DNA from: Paraspadella gotoi
Taxonomy: Eukaryota > Animalia > Chaetognatha
Direction of reading: 5' to 3'
Length of the DNA stretch: 64,000 bases
Assembly (NCBI GenBank): GCA_051294375.1
Contig: CM119268.1
Location: 19,281,526 to 19,345,525 of the forward strand
Shown: one piece after another, positions 12,645-25,784 of the stretch
Position numbering within the stretch: the first letter of the stretch is position 1
How the letters are laid out: every line of letters starts with the position of its first letter
Made by a program: the position numbers and the translations under genes
The notes under the pieces: generated by a model
Database searches by the model: none
Told to the model about the DNA's origin: nothing
Seen by the model: the letters and a program-made list of their open reading frames with translations, nothing else

Positions 12645-15430
12645 TACGACGATCGTTGGAGACGACGTTGACGACGACGAATGAAGACACGGTTGGACGG
12701 ACCGACCGATGAAGACGACGTTGACGACGACGATGAAGACGACGTTGACGACGACGATGAAGACGAGTTGACGACGACGATGAAGTGACGACGATGACGA
12801 TGCGCGACCGATGAAGACGACGGTTGGCGACGACGAAGAAGACGACGTTGACGACGACGATGAAACGAACGGAGACGACGATGAGACGAGTTTCACGACG
12901 ATGAAGACGACGTTGACGACGAGATGAAGACGACGTTTGACGCTGACGACGACGATGAAGACTGACACGATGAAGAGACGAGTTGATGACGACGAGAGAC
13001 GACGATGAACTGACAACGACGATTTGATGGAACGTGACGGCGGAGCGATGATGAAGACGACAATGAACGACGATGAATGAAGACGACCGTTGACGACGAC
13101 GATGAAGACGACGTTGACGACGACGATGGAAGACGAGACGACAGACGAAGTGGATGACGACGATAGACACGAGAACCGATAACGACGATGTGGTGACGAC
13201 GACGATTTGAAGAACGACTTAAAGTAAGACGTAGCGCGATTCGCATTGAAGACGATGGATATGCATGAGACGATGAAAGACGCAATAAAACCGGATGAGA
13301 CACTGCGACGATGATAAGAACGACGTTGACGACGGATGAAGACGAGTGGACACTGAGACGAGACGAGGATACATGAAGACGACGATGAACGAGTACGACA
13401 ATATGAAGACGACGAAACTGTTGACGACGACGAATGAGACAAGGTGACGACTCGTGAAACACATAAAGACGCGATGGAAGACGACGTTGACGACGACGAT
13501 GAAGACACGTTGACGAACGGACGAATGAAGACGACGGTTGACGACGAAGATGGAAGAAGTGATGAGACGACGATGGACGACTGAAGCGTTGATGACGACG
13601 ATGATGAAGACAACTAAGAACCGACGATGAAGACGACGTGACGACGACCGATGAGGTTAGACGACGATGGACGTTACGACGACGATGAAGACGACGAAAG
13701 ACGATCTGACGACGATATGAAGACGACAGATGACGACGATGACTGAGACGACGATGAGAGGAACGACTAAAGACGAGTTTGAACGACGACGAGACCATGA
13801 CGAGTGACGAAATGATCGAGATGAGATACGACATATAACGACGATTATGAAGGACGACGAAATTGAAGGAAGACGTGACGACGACGAATGAAGACGAGGT
13901 TGACGAACGACGTGATGACGTACGACGAGATGAAGACGACTTTGACGGACGACGGATGAAGACGACGTTTGAGCGGACCGACCGATGAAGACGACGTTGA
14001 CGATGACGAGTGAAGACGAGCTGCGTGACGACGAGTTGGACATCGAGATGAAAGATGACGATTGAAGACGACGATGAGACGTTGTGAAGACGACGATGAA
14101 GACACGAATGACACGATGAAGACGCACACGTTGACCGACGACGATGAAGACGACGGTTGACGACCGACGATGAAGAGAACGACGATGATGAAGACGGAAG
14201 TTGATGACGACGATGAAGACAACGATTGAAAACGACGATAACGACGAATGATGAAGATTGACGCATGAAAGGAAGACAGTTGACGACGACGATGAAGACG
14301 ATGTTTGACGACGACGATAGACGACATGAACGACGAAGATGAAGACGATGGATGACATGACGATGACGAGAGACAACAAAAAGACGACGATTGAAGACGA
14401 CGGTTGCACGACGATTGATGAAGACAACGGTTGACGACGAGAAGATAGACGACGATGACGACGATGAGACGAGATGAAATGACGAAGTTGATGACGCGAC
14501 GTAATTGAAAGGACGGACAGGGTGAAAAGACGATTAACCGACAATGATAAGACGCACGGATGAAGAGAGACGTTGCTTGACGACGACGATGAAGACAGAG
14601 GTTTGACGACGACGAAATGAAGAAAACGAATAATAAAGACGGACGATTGAAACGACGAAGTTGAACGACGATGATGAAAGACGAGGTGATGAGAGATACT
14701 GACGATGAAGACGACAGATTGACCGACGACGATGATGAAGACGACGATGAAGACGACGTTGACCGACGATGATCAAAGTTGACGACTGTTGACGACCGAA
14801 ATAATGGGAAGACGAAGATTGACGACAACGATGAAGACGAATATGAAAGACGAATAGTTACGATGACGACGAATGAAGACGACGATGAAACGACGACGAT
14901 ACGAACGACATTGAAGACGACGATGACAGGAGACGTTGACGACGACGATGAAGACAAGGTTAGTTGACGACGACGATGAAGACACACAATAAAGACGACG
15001 ATGAGACGACGTTTGACGACGACGATGACAAGACGAGGTTGACGACGAGCGATTGAAGAGGACGATGACGACGATGATGAAGACGGATGATGAAGATGAC
15101 GATGAAAGACGACGATGAGAACGATGATGAAGAACGACGATGAAGACAACAATAAAACGACGATCAACGACGACGTTGACGACGACGATGAAGGACGAGG
15201 TTGACGACGGACGATGAAGACCGAGATGGTCGATATGAGACGACGATGCGACTGATGAAGACGACGATGAAAGACGATTTGACGATGAAGACGATGATGT
15301 GAAGACGACGATGACGACGATGATGAAGACGACGATGACGATGACGATGAAGACGATGACGATGAAGACGACGACGATGAAGACGAGGTTGACGACGACG
15401 ATGAAGACGACGATGAATACGACGATGAAG
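12645..15430. repeat. About 2.8-kb GAC/GAT-derived minisatellite, 24-bp core unit
   Basis: The unit GATGAAGACGACGTTGACGACGAC recurs throughout with many small indels. Confidence 0.9.
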
Positions 15431-15455
15431 AAGCCAATCCATACATTGACGTAAA

Positions 15456-15909
15456 CATTAAGGCGGTCAAAAATTGAAAACTTTTTTTAAATTCTAGTTC
15501 TATCCAAAAATTTCTTTTTTCCTTCTATTACTAAATCGATTTTCAATGCAACTTTTTGAATTAGTTCATTGGGTTGTTGCATTGAAGCTTTTAAATATTT
15601 ATTAATATATAACAAATGACAAAAAATTGTATTAAAATTGTATTTAAAAAATCATCTCTATCATCATCATCCTTGGCTGAATTTTATAGTTTTTTAAAAT
15701 GTTTATCAATAAAACAAAACTATTTTAACATGTTGTAATAATAACCTTTGTTTAACCCTTAAAGCTCTATCATAATCTATTGAAAAAAAGAAAAATTAAA
15801 AAAAATTTAAACTTTATATAGTAATAAAATAATTTCATATTCTCTAACAGTCAATTGACCATTATCTATTTGAAAGAACTTCCAGTTTTCGACTTGTTCC
15901 GGCCTAATA
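15456..15909. mobile_element. MITE, copy 1 (about 450 bp)
   Basis: Imperfect TIRs CATTAAGGCGGTCAA / TTGTTCCGGCCTAATA. Internal CATTGAAGCTTTTAAATATTTATTAATA is shared with the copy at 50569. Confidence 0.65.
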
Positions 15910-16032
15910 GACATAGACAATGAGACAAACAAAGGAACTCATTCAAAAAGTTCAAGGTGCATACATTTGTTGAAAACTGTAGTAGTGTTCTTCTTCTAAC
16001 ACCTCAATACGGTCATTTAAATGTGTTGCCAA

Positions 16033-16098
<66 letters not shown>

Positions 16099-16236
16099 TT
16101 ATGCACAGATTGGACGGTATTATTCCTCTTTTTTTCTTTTCCCAGGAAAATTTCTTGTTTCGGCCGCTGAAACGATGTTTGCGTTTATTGGTCGTCGTCA
16201 TCGTCTTCGAGATCGTCGTCGTTAAAAATCGTCTTC

Positions 16237-16250
16237 GTCGCCATAGCAAC
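16237..16250. promoter_or_regulatory. RFX X-box motif
   Basis: GTCGCCATAGCAAC is a full match to GTNRCC-N2-RGYAAC. Motif match only. Confidence 0.4.
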
Positions 16251-16362
16251 CAAAGAAGGCCGTAAAAGCCCCAACTTGGTTGTCGTCGTCGTCGTCGCCC
16301 TCGTAGCTTCGGAGATCTGAACCAATTTTCGTCTCCTTCGTCGTCGTTAATGCCCCCGCCTC

Positions 16363-16425
<63 letters not shown>

Positions 16426-16530
16426 TCCCCTACGCCTCATTTCTTCTAACCGTTCGCTTTCCTTTTTTTTCGTGAAATTTTTTTTCCCTTTTTACAGTCG
16501 GCGTTGGTTTTTTATTAAGCCGTTATAAAA

Positions 16531-16545
16531 CTACAGGTGGCGCTG
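16531..16545 (+). promoter_or_regulatory. CTCF-like motif
   Basis: CTACAGGTGGCGCTG resembles the CTCF core CAGRTGGCGC. Motif match only. Confidence 0.3.
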
Positions 16546-16822
16546 CTATAAGGGATAGAGATAGAGAGGAATGACGGCTGAGAAAGAAATGAGATCTTTT
16601 TTGAAGTAAAGTTTTTTAAGAAAAAATGTTAAAAATTTTAAAGTAAATTCTCCAACCATCCACTTTTTTAAAAAAAATATCCAAAATACATAGAGCTCGC
16701 TCGCAAAGTTATTGATAATATTTTAACTTAGTTTTAACGTACAAACTTGGAGGTATTAATGTTTTTACTAGATTTCATTGATTTTTTTTTTAATTTTTTT
16801 TTTCTCTTTTTTTATTTATTAC

Positions 16823-17951
16823 TTTCTTCTTCCTCCCTTTCTTCTTCTCTTCTCTTCCTCCTCTTCTTCATTATCCTCTCTTCTTCTTCCTCTCTTCTTT
16901 TTCCCCCTTATTTTTTCCTTCTTTCCTCCTTTCGTTCTGTTTTCTTCTTCTCCTTTTCTTCTTTCTCTCCCTCTTTCTTCTTTCCCTTTCTTTTCTTCTT
17001 CCTCCCTTTTCTTCTTCCCCCCTTTCTTCCTCTCCCTTTTCTTTCTTCCTCCTTTCTTCTTCCTCCCTTTCTCTCTTACTCCCTTTCTTCGTCCTCTCTT
17101 TAGTTTCCTCCCTTTTCTTCTTCCTCCTTTCTTCTTTCCCCTCCCTTTTCTTCTTCCCTCTTCATCTTCATCTCTTTTTTCTTCCTCCCTTTCTTTTTCC
17201 TCCCTTTCTTCTCTTTCTCCCTTTCTTCTTTTTTTCCTTTTCGTCTTCCTCCTTTTCTTCTTTCCTCCATTTCGTCTTCCCTCCATTTTTCTTCTCCCTT
17301 TTGTCTTCCTCCTTTCTTCTCCTCCTTTTCTTCTTTCTTTTCGTCTTCCTCCATTTGTTTTCCTCCCTTTCTTCTTCCTCCCTTTCGTCTTCTCCCTTTT
17401 TTTTCTTTTTCCCTTTATTTTTCCTTCTTTTTATCCTCCTCCCTTTCTTCTTCCTTCCTTTCTTGTTCCTCTATTTCTTCTTCCACCCTTTCTTCTCTCC
17501 TTTTCGCTCTTCCTCCCTTTCTTTCTTCCTTCCCTTTCTTCTTCCTTCCTTTCTTATTCCTCTCTTTCTTCCTCCTCCCTTCTTCTCTCCCTTTCATCCT
17601 CCTCCCTTTCTTCTTCCTCCCTTTCTTGTTCCTTTTTTTCTTCTTCCTCTCTCTTTCTCCTCCCTTTGGTCTTTTCTCCCCTTTCTTCTTCCTCCCTTTC
17701 TTGTTCCTCTATTTTTCTTCTCCTCCCTTTTCTTCTCTCTTTCTTCTTCTTCCTTCTCTCTCCTCTTTCTTGCTCCTTTCTCTTCCTTTTCTTCCTTTCC
17801 TTCTCTTCTTTCTTCTTCTCTCTGCTCTTTTCTTCTTCCTCCTCCTCCTCCTTGGCAGCAAATCAGTTTTCATCTTTGTTTATCCATCATCATCATCTGC
17901 GGTCTTTTCTACCGCGAGCCACATTTTTTTCTCATTTTTTCACTCTCTCTT

Positions 17952-17985
<34 letters not shown>

Positions 17986-17992
17986 CTTCTCT

Positions 17993-18033
<41 letters not shown>

Positions 18034-18234
18034 CTCTCTTCTTCTCTCTCTCTCTCTCTCTCACTCTTCTTTCTTTTTCTTCCCTCCCTCGCTCGAAAAT
18101 CTTTTCCCCACCACTTTGCATTTTTCTTCCAGAGGGACCATTTCTTCACTCCTGCTTTTTTTCTCTGCCAATGAGGATAAAAAAAGAGAAAAAAACGAGA
18201 GAGAGAGAGAGAGAAGAGAGAAGAGAGAAGAGAG

Positions 18235-18290
<56 letters not shown>

Positions 18291-18300
18291 GACGAGACGT
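16823..18300. repeat. About 1-kb polypyrimidine (TTC/TCC) tract followed by (CT)n and (AG)n
   Basis: The + strand is almost purine-free over 16823-17852. Confidence 0.9.
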
Positions 18301-18411
18301 CCCAGTCAAAGCAGCGGGAAACCGCATGAGAAATAAAGACGCCCGGAGAGTGATCTTGAAATCGGATGATTCAACATGACTTCGCCTGACGAACAGAAAC
18401 ATAAGACTTGA

Positions 18412-18663
18412 TAGAATGGTCCTTTTATACAATTACACTTTCTTTGAAACATTGTACCACTTCATTGATAAACAAGCCAGGTATTTTGGAAGTGAATGAA
18501 CTAAACTCTAAGAGAGTGTTGATTGAAAACTTGCAGAGTCCTGCTTTGTTATTATCTTGTAAGAAGGATGGATGCCTTCACGAAAAAGTAGACCGTCCAA
18601 AGTGAGGAGCAATATAGCTTATTTATTAAATGAATGGATAATTTATATATTGGTTTTGCCAAT
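18412..18663. repeat. Unclassified interspersed repeat (about 250 bp), copy 1
   Basis: Shares CCACTTCATTGATA, AAGCCAGGTA, ATTATCTTGTAAGA and ATAGCTTATTTATTAAATGAATGGATAATTT with 29888-30135. Confidence 0.8.
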
Positions 18664-19027
18664 CTTATAACACGAATCATGAGTGATACTTAATGACAAG
18701 AAGTTCTTATGAATTATTGACGTATTGAATTTTCAATGTTTTGACGCTTAATTCATAGCATATTAAAACATATTCTCGTATGTCTACTCAAAATTAAAGA
18801 TAAAAACTCATTGTACATATATCTTTTTTTCACGAGTCACAACGTCTGTCATCGTCACAAGCTCACCCCTTTGACCTCACCCGCCGTTCACACTCACCCC
18901 CTTCCGTCCATCCCTCCTCTTCTTCACAAATCGTGATGTCACATAAACCGCCAAGAAATTTCATCAAAAATTGTTTGCGCACGCGCGTTTAAGCTCATTC
19001 GCGACGATCCTGCGTTCAACCGTATGT

Positions 19028-19345
19028 TAGAGTGTCTCTCCTTTGTGCGAGAATGTCTCTCCTTCATGTGACTTAATGCATAAGATTTTCTCATGCATGT
19101 AATATGTTAGTGTCTTTCCAGCATGCAACTGTTTGCAGAAAACTTTGTCAGGCATGCAGCAGACCACGTGAGACAGTGTCTTTCCTGCAAGTGTCTGCGT
19201 ACAAGAGTCCGTTACGGACCACATGTCAGAGTGTTTCTCCTACATGCGACCATCTGTGAGAATGTTTCCTCTGCTTTCGATCGTGTGCGAGGTTTTCTCA
19301 TGCTTGCAAGTTTCTACTTCATGCAAGAGTGTCTTTTCTGCGTGT
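19028..19345. repeat. Degenerate minisatellite
   Basis: A GTGTCTYTCCTGCATGC-like motif recurs about every 30-35 bp. Confidence 0.6.
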
Positions 19346-19534
19346 GATTGATCGATCATTCGTCTCTCTTGACAATTTCTGGTTTAATAATCGAAACTCG
19401 GAAATCGAGCGAAAGAAGAAACGAATGAGGTTCTTCTTTCTTTTATCTTTTCTTTATTTATGAAATTTTTCTTCGTTTTCTTTTTCTTTTTATATTTCTT
19501 TTAATTTTTTCTTCTTCTTCTATTTCTTTTTCTA

Positions 19535-20646
<1,112 letters not shown>

Positions 20647-21444
20647 CTTCTTCCTCTTTCTTCTCCTACAAAACCATAAAATAAAATATCGCAAAAAATA
20701 AAACATCAGTGTTTTCGCCGAATGATCAGTGAGGGAAGAATGAGGCCCAACTTAGCTGGGTGGTTGCTGAGAAAAAAAGGAGAAATTTAACTTAAGAAAG
20801 AAGAGTGAAAGAAAAGTAAAGGGAGATTGAAAGATGAGTACAAGAAGGATGTTATTCTTCAACGGATGTGTTGGGTGAAAAGTATAAAGTATTAAGAGAA
20901 ATTGAGACAAAGAGGCCAAAGTAAAAAAGAAAGATTGAAATAGATATGGGAAAAATTTTGTAAGTGAGCGATTGCACTCCGTAGATCTTCATTGGGATTA
21001 AAATTAGTGAGAAGAAAGTGATGAAAATTAAAAATAATATAACAGATAAGATAACTTTTTTAATTATGTCATTTTTAAACTTTATCTCAGGCGAGGCCTT
21101 AGTACATAAGGGAGAGACGTTAAGGCGAAGAGATATCTGTCTGAGAACGAGACTCGACGGTCGGTATTAATGGGTGGGAGAAAGAGAGAGAGAGAACGAG
21201 AGAGATGAGAAGGAAGAGAGAAGGAGAGAGAGAAGAGGAGAGAGAGAGAGAGAGGAGAGAGAGGAGAGAAACAGACAAGCTTTATAAATATCTTTTCCGA
21301 AAACAGAAATTAGCAATTTACATCAAAATAATTTTAAACAATAAAAAAAAAATATATATGTATTTATTTAATGATGTCAGCTTCACTGTTGTGCGTCTCT
21401 ACTACCAACAGTTTAAAAAAAACAAATGACGTCACCGTTTAACG

Positions 21445-21610
21445 CTCTGCGTCACCCGAACTATCGAGCGGCGCCACAGAACCGACTTGTTGCGTCACCA
21501 AAGCGACGCACTGCGCCACCCGAAGCGACGTACTGCGATACAGGAAGTGACAAGCTGCGCCATGGAAAGCGACGTTGTACGCCACCGGAAGCGATGCCAC
21601 GCCCCTCAGG
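21445..21610. repeat. GC-rich minisatellite of about 21 bp
   Basis: About seven degenerate copies of GCGCCACCGGAAGCGACGTACT. Confidence 0.75.
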
Positions 21611-21657
21611 AAATTAAAACGTAAATAGAACGAGGCGGAGATAAAAGAAGATAAATG

Positions 21658-21732
<75 letters not shown>

Positions 21733-22139
21733 AGAAGATTTGTTCTAGTAATTTAAAGCAGAAAAGATGAGAAAAATATGACGTAACAAAAGCTAAAGAA
21801 AATTTACCATTCTGCTAATATTTCGAGTTCGGTTTAAAAATTGAGACAAAAAAAGAAAGAAAAAGGTGACTTGGGTGACAAATTGATATATTCGAAAAAA
21901 GAGCTCAATTTTCGAATGTAAAGCCATAAAATTATAAATGATAACCTCACATTATTTTAAATTAAACCGAGGAGCCACAAGTGCAAAGGAAAAAAGTCGT
22001 ATCGACAGTTGAGTGGCTACTCGGAATATGAAATACGATTTTAAAAGAGAAAAAAAAATATCGTCGCTTTAGAAAAAGGTAAAGTATAAGGATTAACTGG
22101 AAACGAAGATTGGAACCGGACTGGGCGAAATGAAAATGA

Positions 22140-22665
22140 AAAGAAGGAAAGGAAAATAAAGGCGCAGGAAGCGACGGAGGGAAAAAAGGAAAATAAAAGA
22201 AAAAAAAGAGGAAAGAGAGGAGAAAAGGAAAGAGAAGGCGGAGGAAGCGATGGAGGAAAGAAAGAAAATAGGAAAATAAAAGACAAAAAGAGGAAAGAGA
22301 GGAGAAAAGGAAAGACAAGGCGGAGGAAGCGATGGAGGAAAGAAATAAAATAGGAAAAGAAAAGAAAAAAAGAGTAAAGAGAGGAGAAAAGGAAAGAGAA
22401 GGCGGAGGAAGCGATGGAGGAAACAAAGAAAATAGGAAAAGAAAAGAAAAATGAGGAAAGAGAAGAAAAAAGAAAAAAGAAGGCGGAGGAAAGGACGAAA
22501 AAGGAAAAAAGAGGAAAAGAAAAGAAAAAAGAGGAAAGAGAGAAGAAAAGGAAAGAAAAGGCGGAGGTAGCGATTGAGGAAAGAAAAAAAAGAGGAAAAG
22601 AAAAGAAAAAAAGAGGAAAAAGAGGAGAAAAGGAAAAGGTGGAGGAAGCGACGGAGGAAAAAAGC
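22140..22665. repeat. Purine-rich tandem repeat with a unit of about 80 bp
   Basis: The anchor AAGGCGGAGGAAGCGATGGAGGAAA recurs about every 80 bp. Confidence 0.85.
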
Positions 22666-22689
22666 AAGTATGTCATATGACATATCTCC

Positions 22690-22830
22690 AAGTATGTCAT
22701 CCTTCAGAATCGCCTCCCCCGGGGGCGGTGCTAGGGGCCTGAGGGGCAGGCAATCCGTATGGCCTAAAGGGGCTAGAAAAACCTTTCCCCTTGGGGCCAC
22801 CCCCAGGGGGATGAATTTTCCTGCCCCTTG
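22690..22830 (+). repeat. GC-rich interspersed repeat, copy 1
   Basis: ATGTCATC...AGGGGC...CCCCAGGGGG is similar to the reverse complement of 25785-26005 and 27555-27775. Confidence 0.6.
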
Positions 22831-23304
22831 GAATGGCTCTCTCTCCCTCCTATCTCTCTCTCCCTCTCCTCTCTCTTTATCTCTCTCTCTCTCTTTCTCT
22901 TTCTCTTTTCTTTTTTCATCTTTTATTAAAAGAAAATATAAAAATGAAAATAATATTTTTCAATAAACCAATAGTTCTGCTAACACCAACTTGCATAATT
23001 TGGTCAACTTGCATAATTTAGTCAAATGACATAATTTGATATAATAATAATAAACTGATATAATTTGGTCAACTTTTAAAATTTGGTCAACTTGCATAAT
23101 TTGGTTAACTTGCATAATTTGGTCAACTTGCATAATTTGGACAACTTGGATAATTTGGTCAACTTGCTAAATTTGGTTAGAGAAAGAGAGAGAAAGAATG
23201 AAAAAAAATTTTTAATAAAATTCAAGTAAATGTGACTTTTGTTTTTTCTATTAAAACTCACTTTCACTCGCACACTTTTCTACCCACATACAAAATTTTA
23301 TCTT

Positions 23305-23501
23305 TAAGGAATAACATATTTTTAGTGTGTGACAACAAATTTTGACTCTGTGGTTGAGAGTCTTTATCATCATCTGATGAAGACTCTCAACCACAGAGTT
23401 GAAACATGAAACATGTCCCTATGAAATAAAAATTTGTTGTCACATACTAAAATCTGTTATTCTTTAAACATAAACACAACGAAAAAAAAGAATCATAACA
23501 T
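23305..23501 (+). mobile_element. Penelope-like terminal-repeat insertion with inverted duplication and 11-bp TSD
   Basis: 23305-23369 is an inverted, internally deleted copy of 23375-23467. The insert is flanked by AATTTTATCTT at 23294-23304 and 23502-23512. Its 3' tail ACACAACGAAAA resembles 25328-25354. Confidence 0.8.
23374..23417 (+). ncRNA. Minimal hammerhead ribozyme core
   Basis: CTGATGA-A, stem II GACTCT/AGAGTT around loop CAACCAC, GAAAC, and ACATGT-C (palindromic stem III with GUC site). GAAACAT is duplicated and the stem I 5' strand is missing. Confidence 0.75.
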
Positions 23502-24000
23502 AATTTTATCTTAATTCATCTGTGAAATTTTAAATAATATAATAAAGAGTAGGATTGTTTTAATTTTTTAATTCACTTATAAAAAATAATTAATTAATTA
23601 ATTAATTAATTATTAATATCAGTCTTTAAGTCCGTCCCACATTAGCATTAAACTCTAATTATTCGTGATTAGATAGATAGATTGGAATGAAATATTGTGT
23701 GTGGGTAGAAAAGTGTGTGATTGAGCTAGATATAAAGTTTTGCTCACTCTCTCTCAAACTGTCAGCCTTTCCTCAACAACGTGAGTTAATCTGAGGCAAT
23801 CTACAAACTGACAATTATTAATTATGAAGCTTAAATGAAAAAATTTTATTTCACGATGTAAAACTCATTTAATGTTATTCATGAAATAAAAATCTTGATG
23901 AATATTTTTTTTTTAGGACTCTATAATTCACTAAGTAGGTCTGTTGGTTACTGCTAAGTATTTGTTTAATTTTGAACATCAAATTATGAATATTTTTTTT

Positions 24001-24989
24001 TTAGAAAAGTTTGAAATGAATTTTCGACAACGATTTTATTTTTAATAAAAAACGGACATGTTTCGGNNNNNNNNNNNNNNNNNNNNNNNNNAATTAATTT
24101 ATTAGACAAAGTTTGCAAATGAAATTTCCATTACTTGTCCGCTGTAGCCAAGCATACGGTAAATACTGGCCATGTATTTAGAGAAACAGACTGTCTCGTG
24201 CTGTCCCATGACCCGAACTGGTTCTCAAGAGGTATTAGAGAGAGGCAATATACATCAAAGCCCTCGAGCCCTCTTGAATCGTGATGGAGGACGATTCGAC
24301 CTCCCTCCAAGCTATGATTCGCTTATCAAAAGCGTGGTGGAGGCCCCGTCTCCACCACGTCCGCACAATGACTCCCCTGTCTCCACCTAATGAGGACAGC
24401 CCTCCTGCGCAGGCAATGGGCAGACGATGCCTCTCCTTCACCCTGTAGCAACTCATTCCCTTTCTCGTGTGGAGTGAGCGCCGCCAAAGCGACGGCTGAC
24501 AGGAAGAGAAGGAGAGTCCACCACTCCTGTCGCAAAAGCGGCAAGAATGGAAAGCGCCCCACCTCGTCAGCAGGCGAGAAGAGGGCAGTCGGCAGCGTAC
24601 CAGGCCAGAGAGACATCAGAGTAGCCTTGGGGTATCTTCCCGCAAGGAAGACCTCCCTAACGCCGCACACATAGGCCTCAACGATTTTGTCCTCACAGCC
24701 ACTGACACGTCAATGACCCGACCACATCGATCAGGCCTTCATTTGCACAAGCCAAAGAGGGGCCAGCTCACTTTGAGCTCTATCTTAACTTCTATATACT
24801 TCACTTATAATAATAATGCTTAACTATCCCTCACCTCTATTTCCTTCACATTTCAAATTTCACAATAATTCATCTTCACTAACTTATTTATTCACAGTAG
24901 TTAATTGTTAACACAAATCATTAAGTTTTTAAACAATTATTTATCTTTGTTGTACATTGCACAATGTATTATTTTTCAAGTTCTCTTAC

Positions 24990-25033
<44 letters not shown>

Positions 25034-25355
25034 ATTTCAATTTCTTTTCACAAACTGGCTCTATTTTGTTTCAACCGCTTAATCTGTCCTCACAATTGAC
25101 ACTATCTCTTCTCAACTCTGTGTTGGAAACTTTGCCCTCTCTCTCTCTCTCTCACTCTTTCTTTATGCACATAATTTGTTTCAAATTCACTAACTTTTTT
25201 AATGCTGAAATGAAAGGCCTTGTTAGTTAAGCATCTGTTTCTCTAAATACATGGCCAGTATTTACCGTATGCTTGGCTACAGCGGACAAGTAATGAAAAT
25301 TCATTTCAAACTTTTCTAATAATTATTACACAACGAAAAGAAAGGATTATACCAC
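24001..25355 (+). mobile_element. 5'-truncated Penelope-like retroelement with inverted terminal copies
   Basis: Contains a GIY-YIG C-terminal remnant. 24129-24190 is a perfect 62-bp inverted copy of 25234-25295. Minus-strand CCGAAACATGTCC (hammerhead 3' half) lies at 24054-24066. GAATATTTTTTT is a possible TSD (23988 / 25363). Confidence 0.8.
24192..24390 (+). pseudogene. Frameshifted C-terminus of a Penelope-type GIY-YIG endonuclease
   Basis: With two frameshifts it translates as LVLSHDPNWFSRGIRE/AIYIKALEPS/LNRDGGRFDLPPSYDSLIKS, the typical W-x-x-R-G-x-x-E-A-I-Y-I...LNRDGG tail of Penelope-like ORFs. Confidence 0.85.
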
Positions 25356-25784
25356 AATTGTCGAATATTTTTTTAAAAATTATATCTCTCTTTATCAATC
25401 CATCCAACAAAAAAGAAAAAAAAAGAAAATAATTGGGTTCATAAATACAAATATTATAATTTTTAAATAAACTATAGAATAAAGAGTAACAATAATTTGA
25501 AAAAAAAAATTTCAGTTATATGAAACAAGTCTTGAAAGAAAGAGAGAGAGAAAAAGATAGAGAGAGAGAAAGAAAGAGAGAGAGAAAGAAAGAGAAAGAG
25601 AGAAAGAGAAAAAGAGAGAAAAAGAGAGAGAGAAAGAGAAAGAAAGAAAGAGAGAGAGAGAGAAAGAAAAAGGAAGAGAGAAAGAGAGAAAGAGAGAGTG
25701 ACAGACAGGGAGAGATATTCTCAGATATAATAATATAGTCAGAAAGTATATTTTCTCATCTAAACTTTGCTCTCTCCTTAACTC

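Larger units (their letters stand above)
22985..23740. mobile_element. Rearranged HINE fragments
   Basis: The 18-bp AACTTGCATAATTTGGTC array and a central-repeat fragment are on the minus strand, interrupted by the Penelope-type insert. A plus-strand fragment lies at about 23630-23740. Confidence 0.75.

Noticed and set aside
12595-15470. Long minus-strand Ser/Val/Arg-rich ORFs up to 541 aa
   Set aside because: They are the antisense of the GAC array, which lacks stop codons by composition.
16747-18432. 533-aa and 342-aa F/L/S/P ORFs
   Set aside because: Translation of a pyrimidine tract; not a membrane protein.
18412-18663. Coding potential in the 250-bp repeat
   Set aside because: Stops and frames differ between copies, and there is no recognisable motif.
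19027-19347. Periodic His/Cys ORF suggesting zinc fingers
   Set aside because: Spacing does not fit C2H2; it is explained by a minisatellite.
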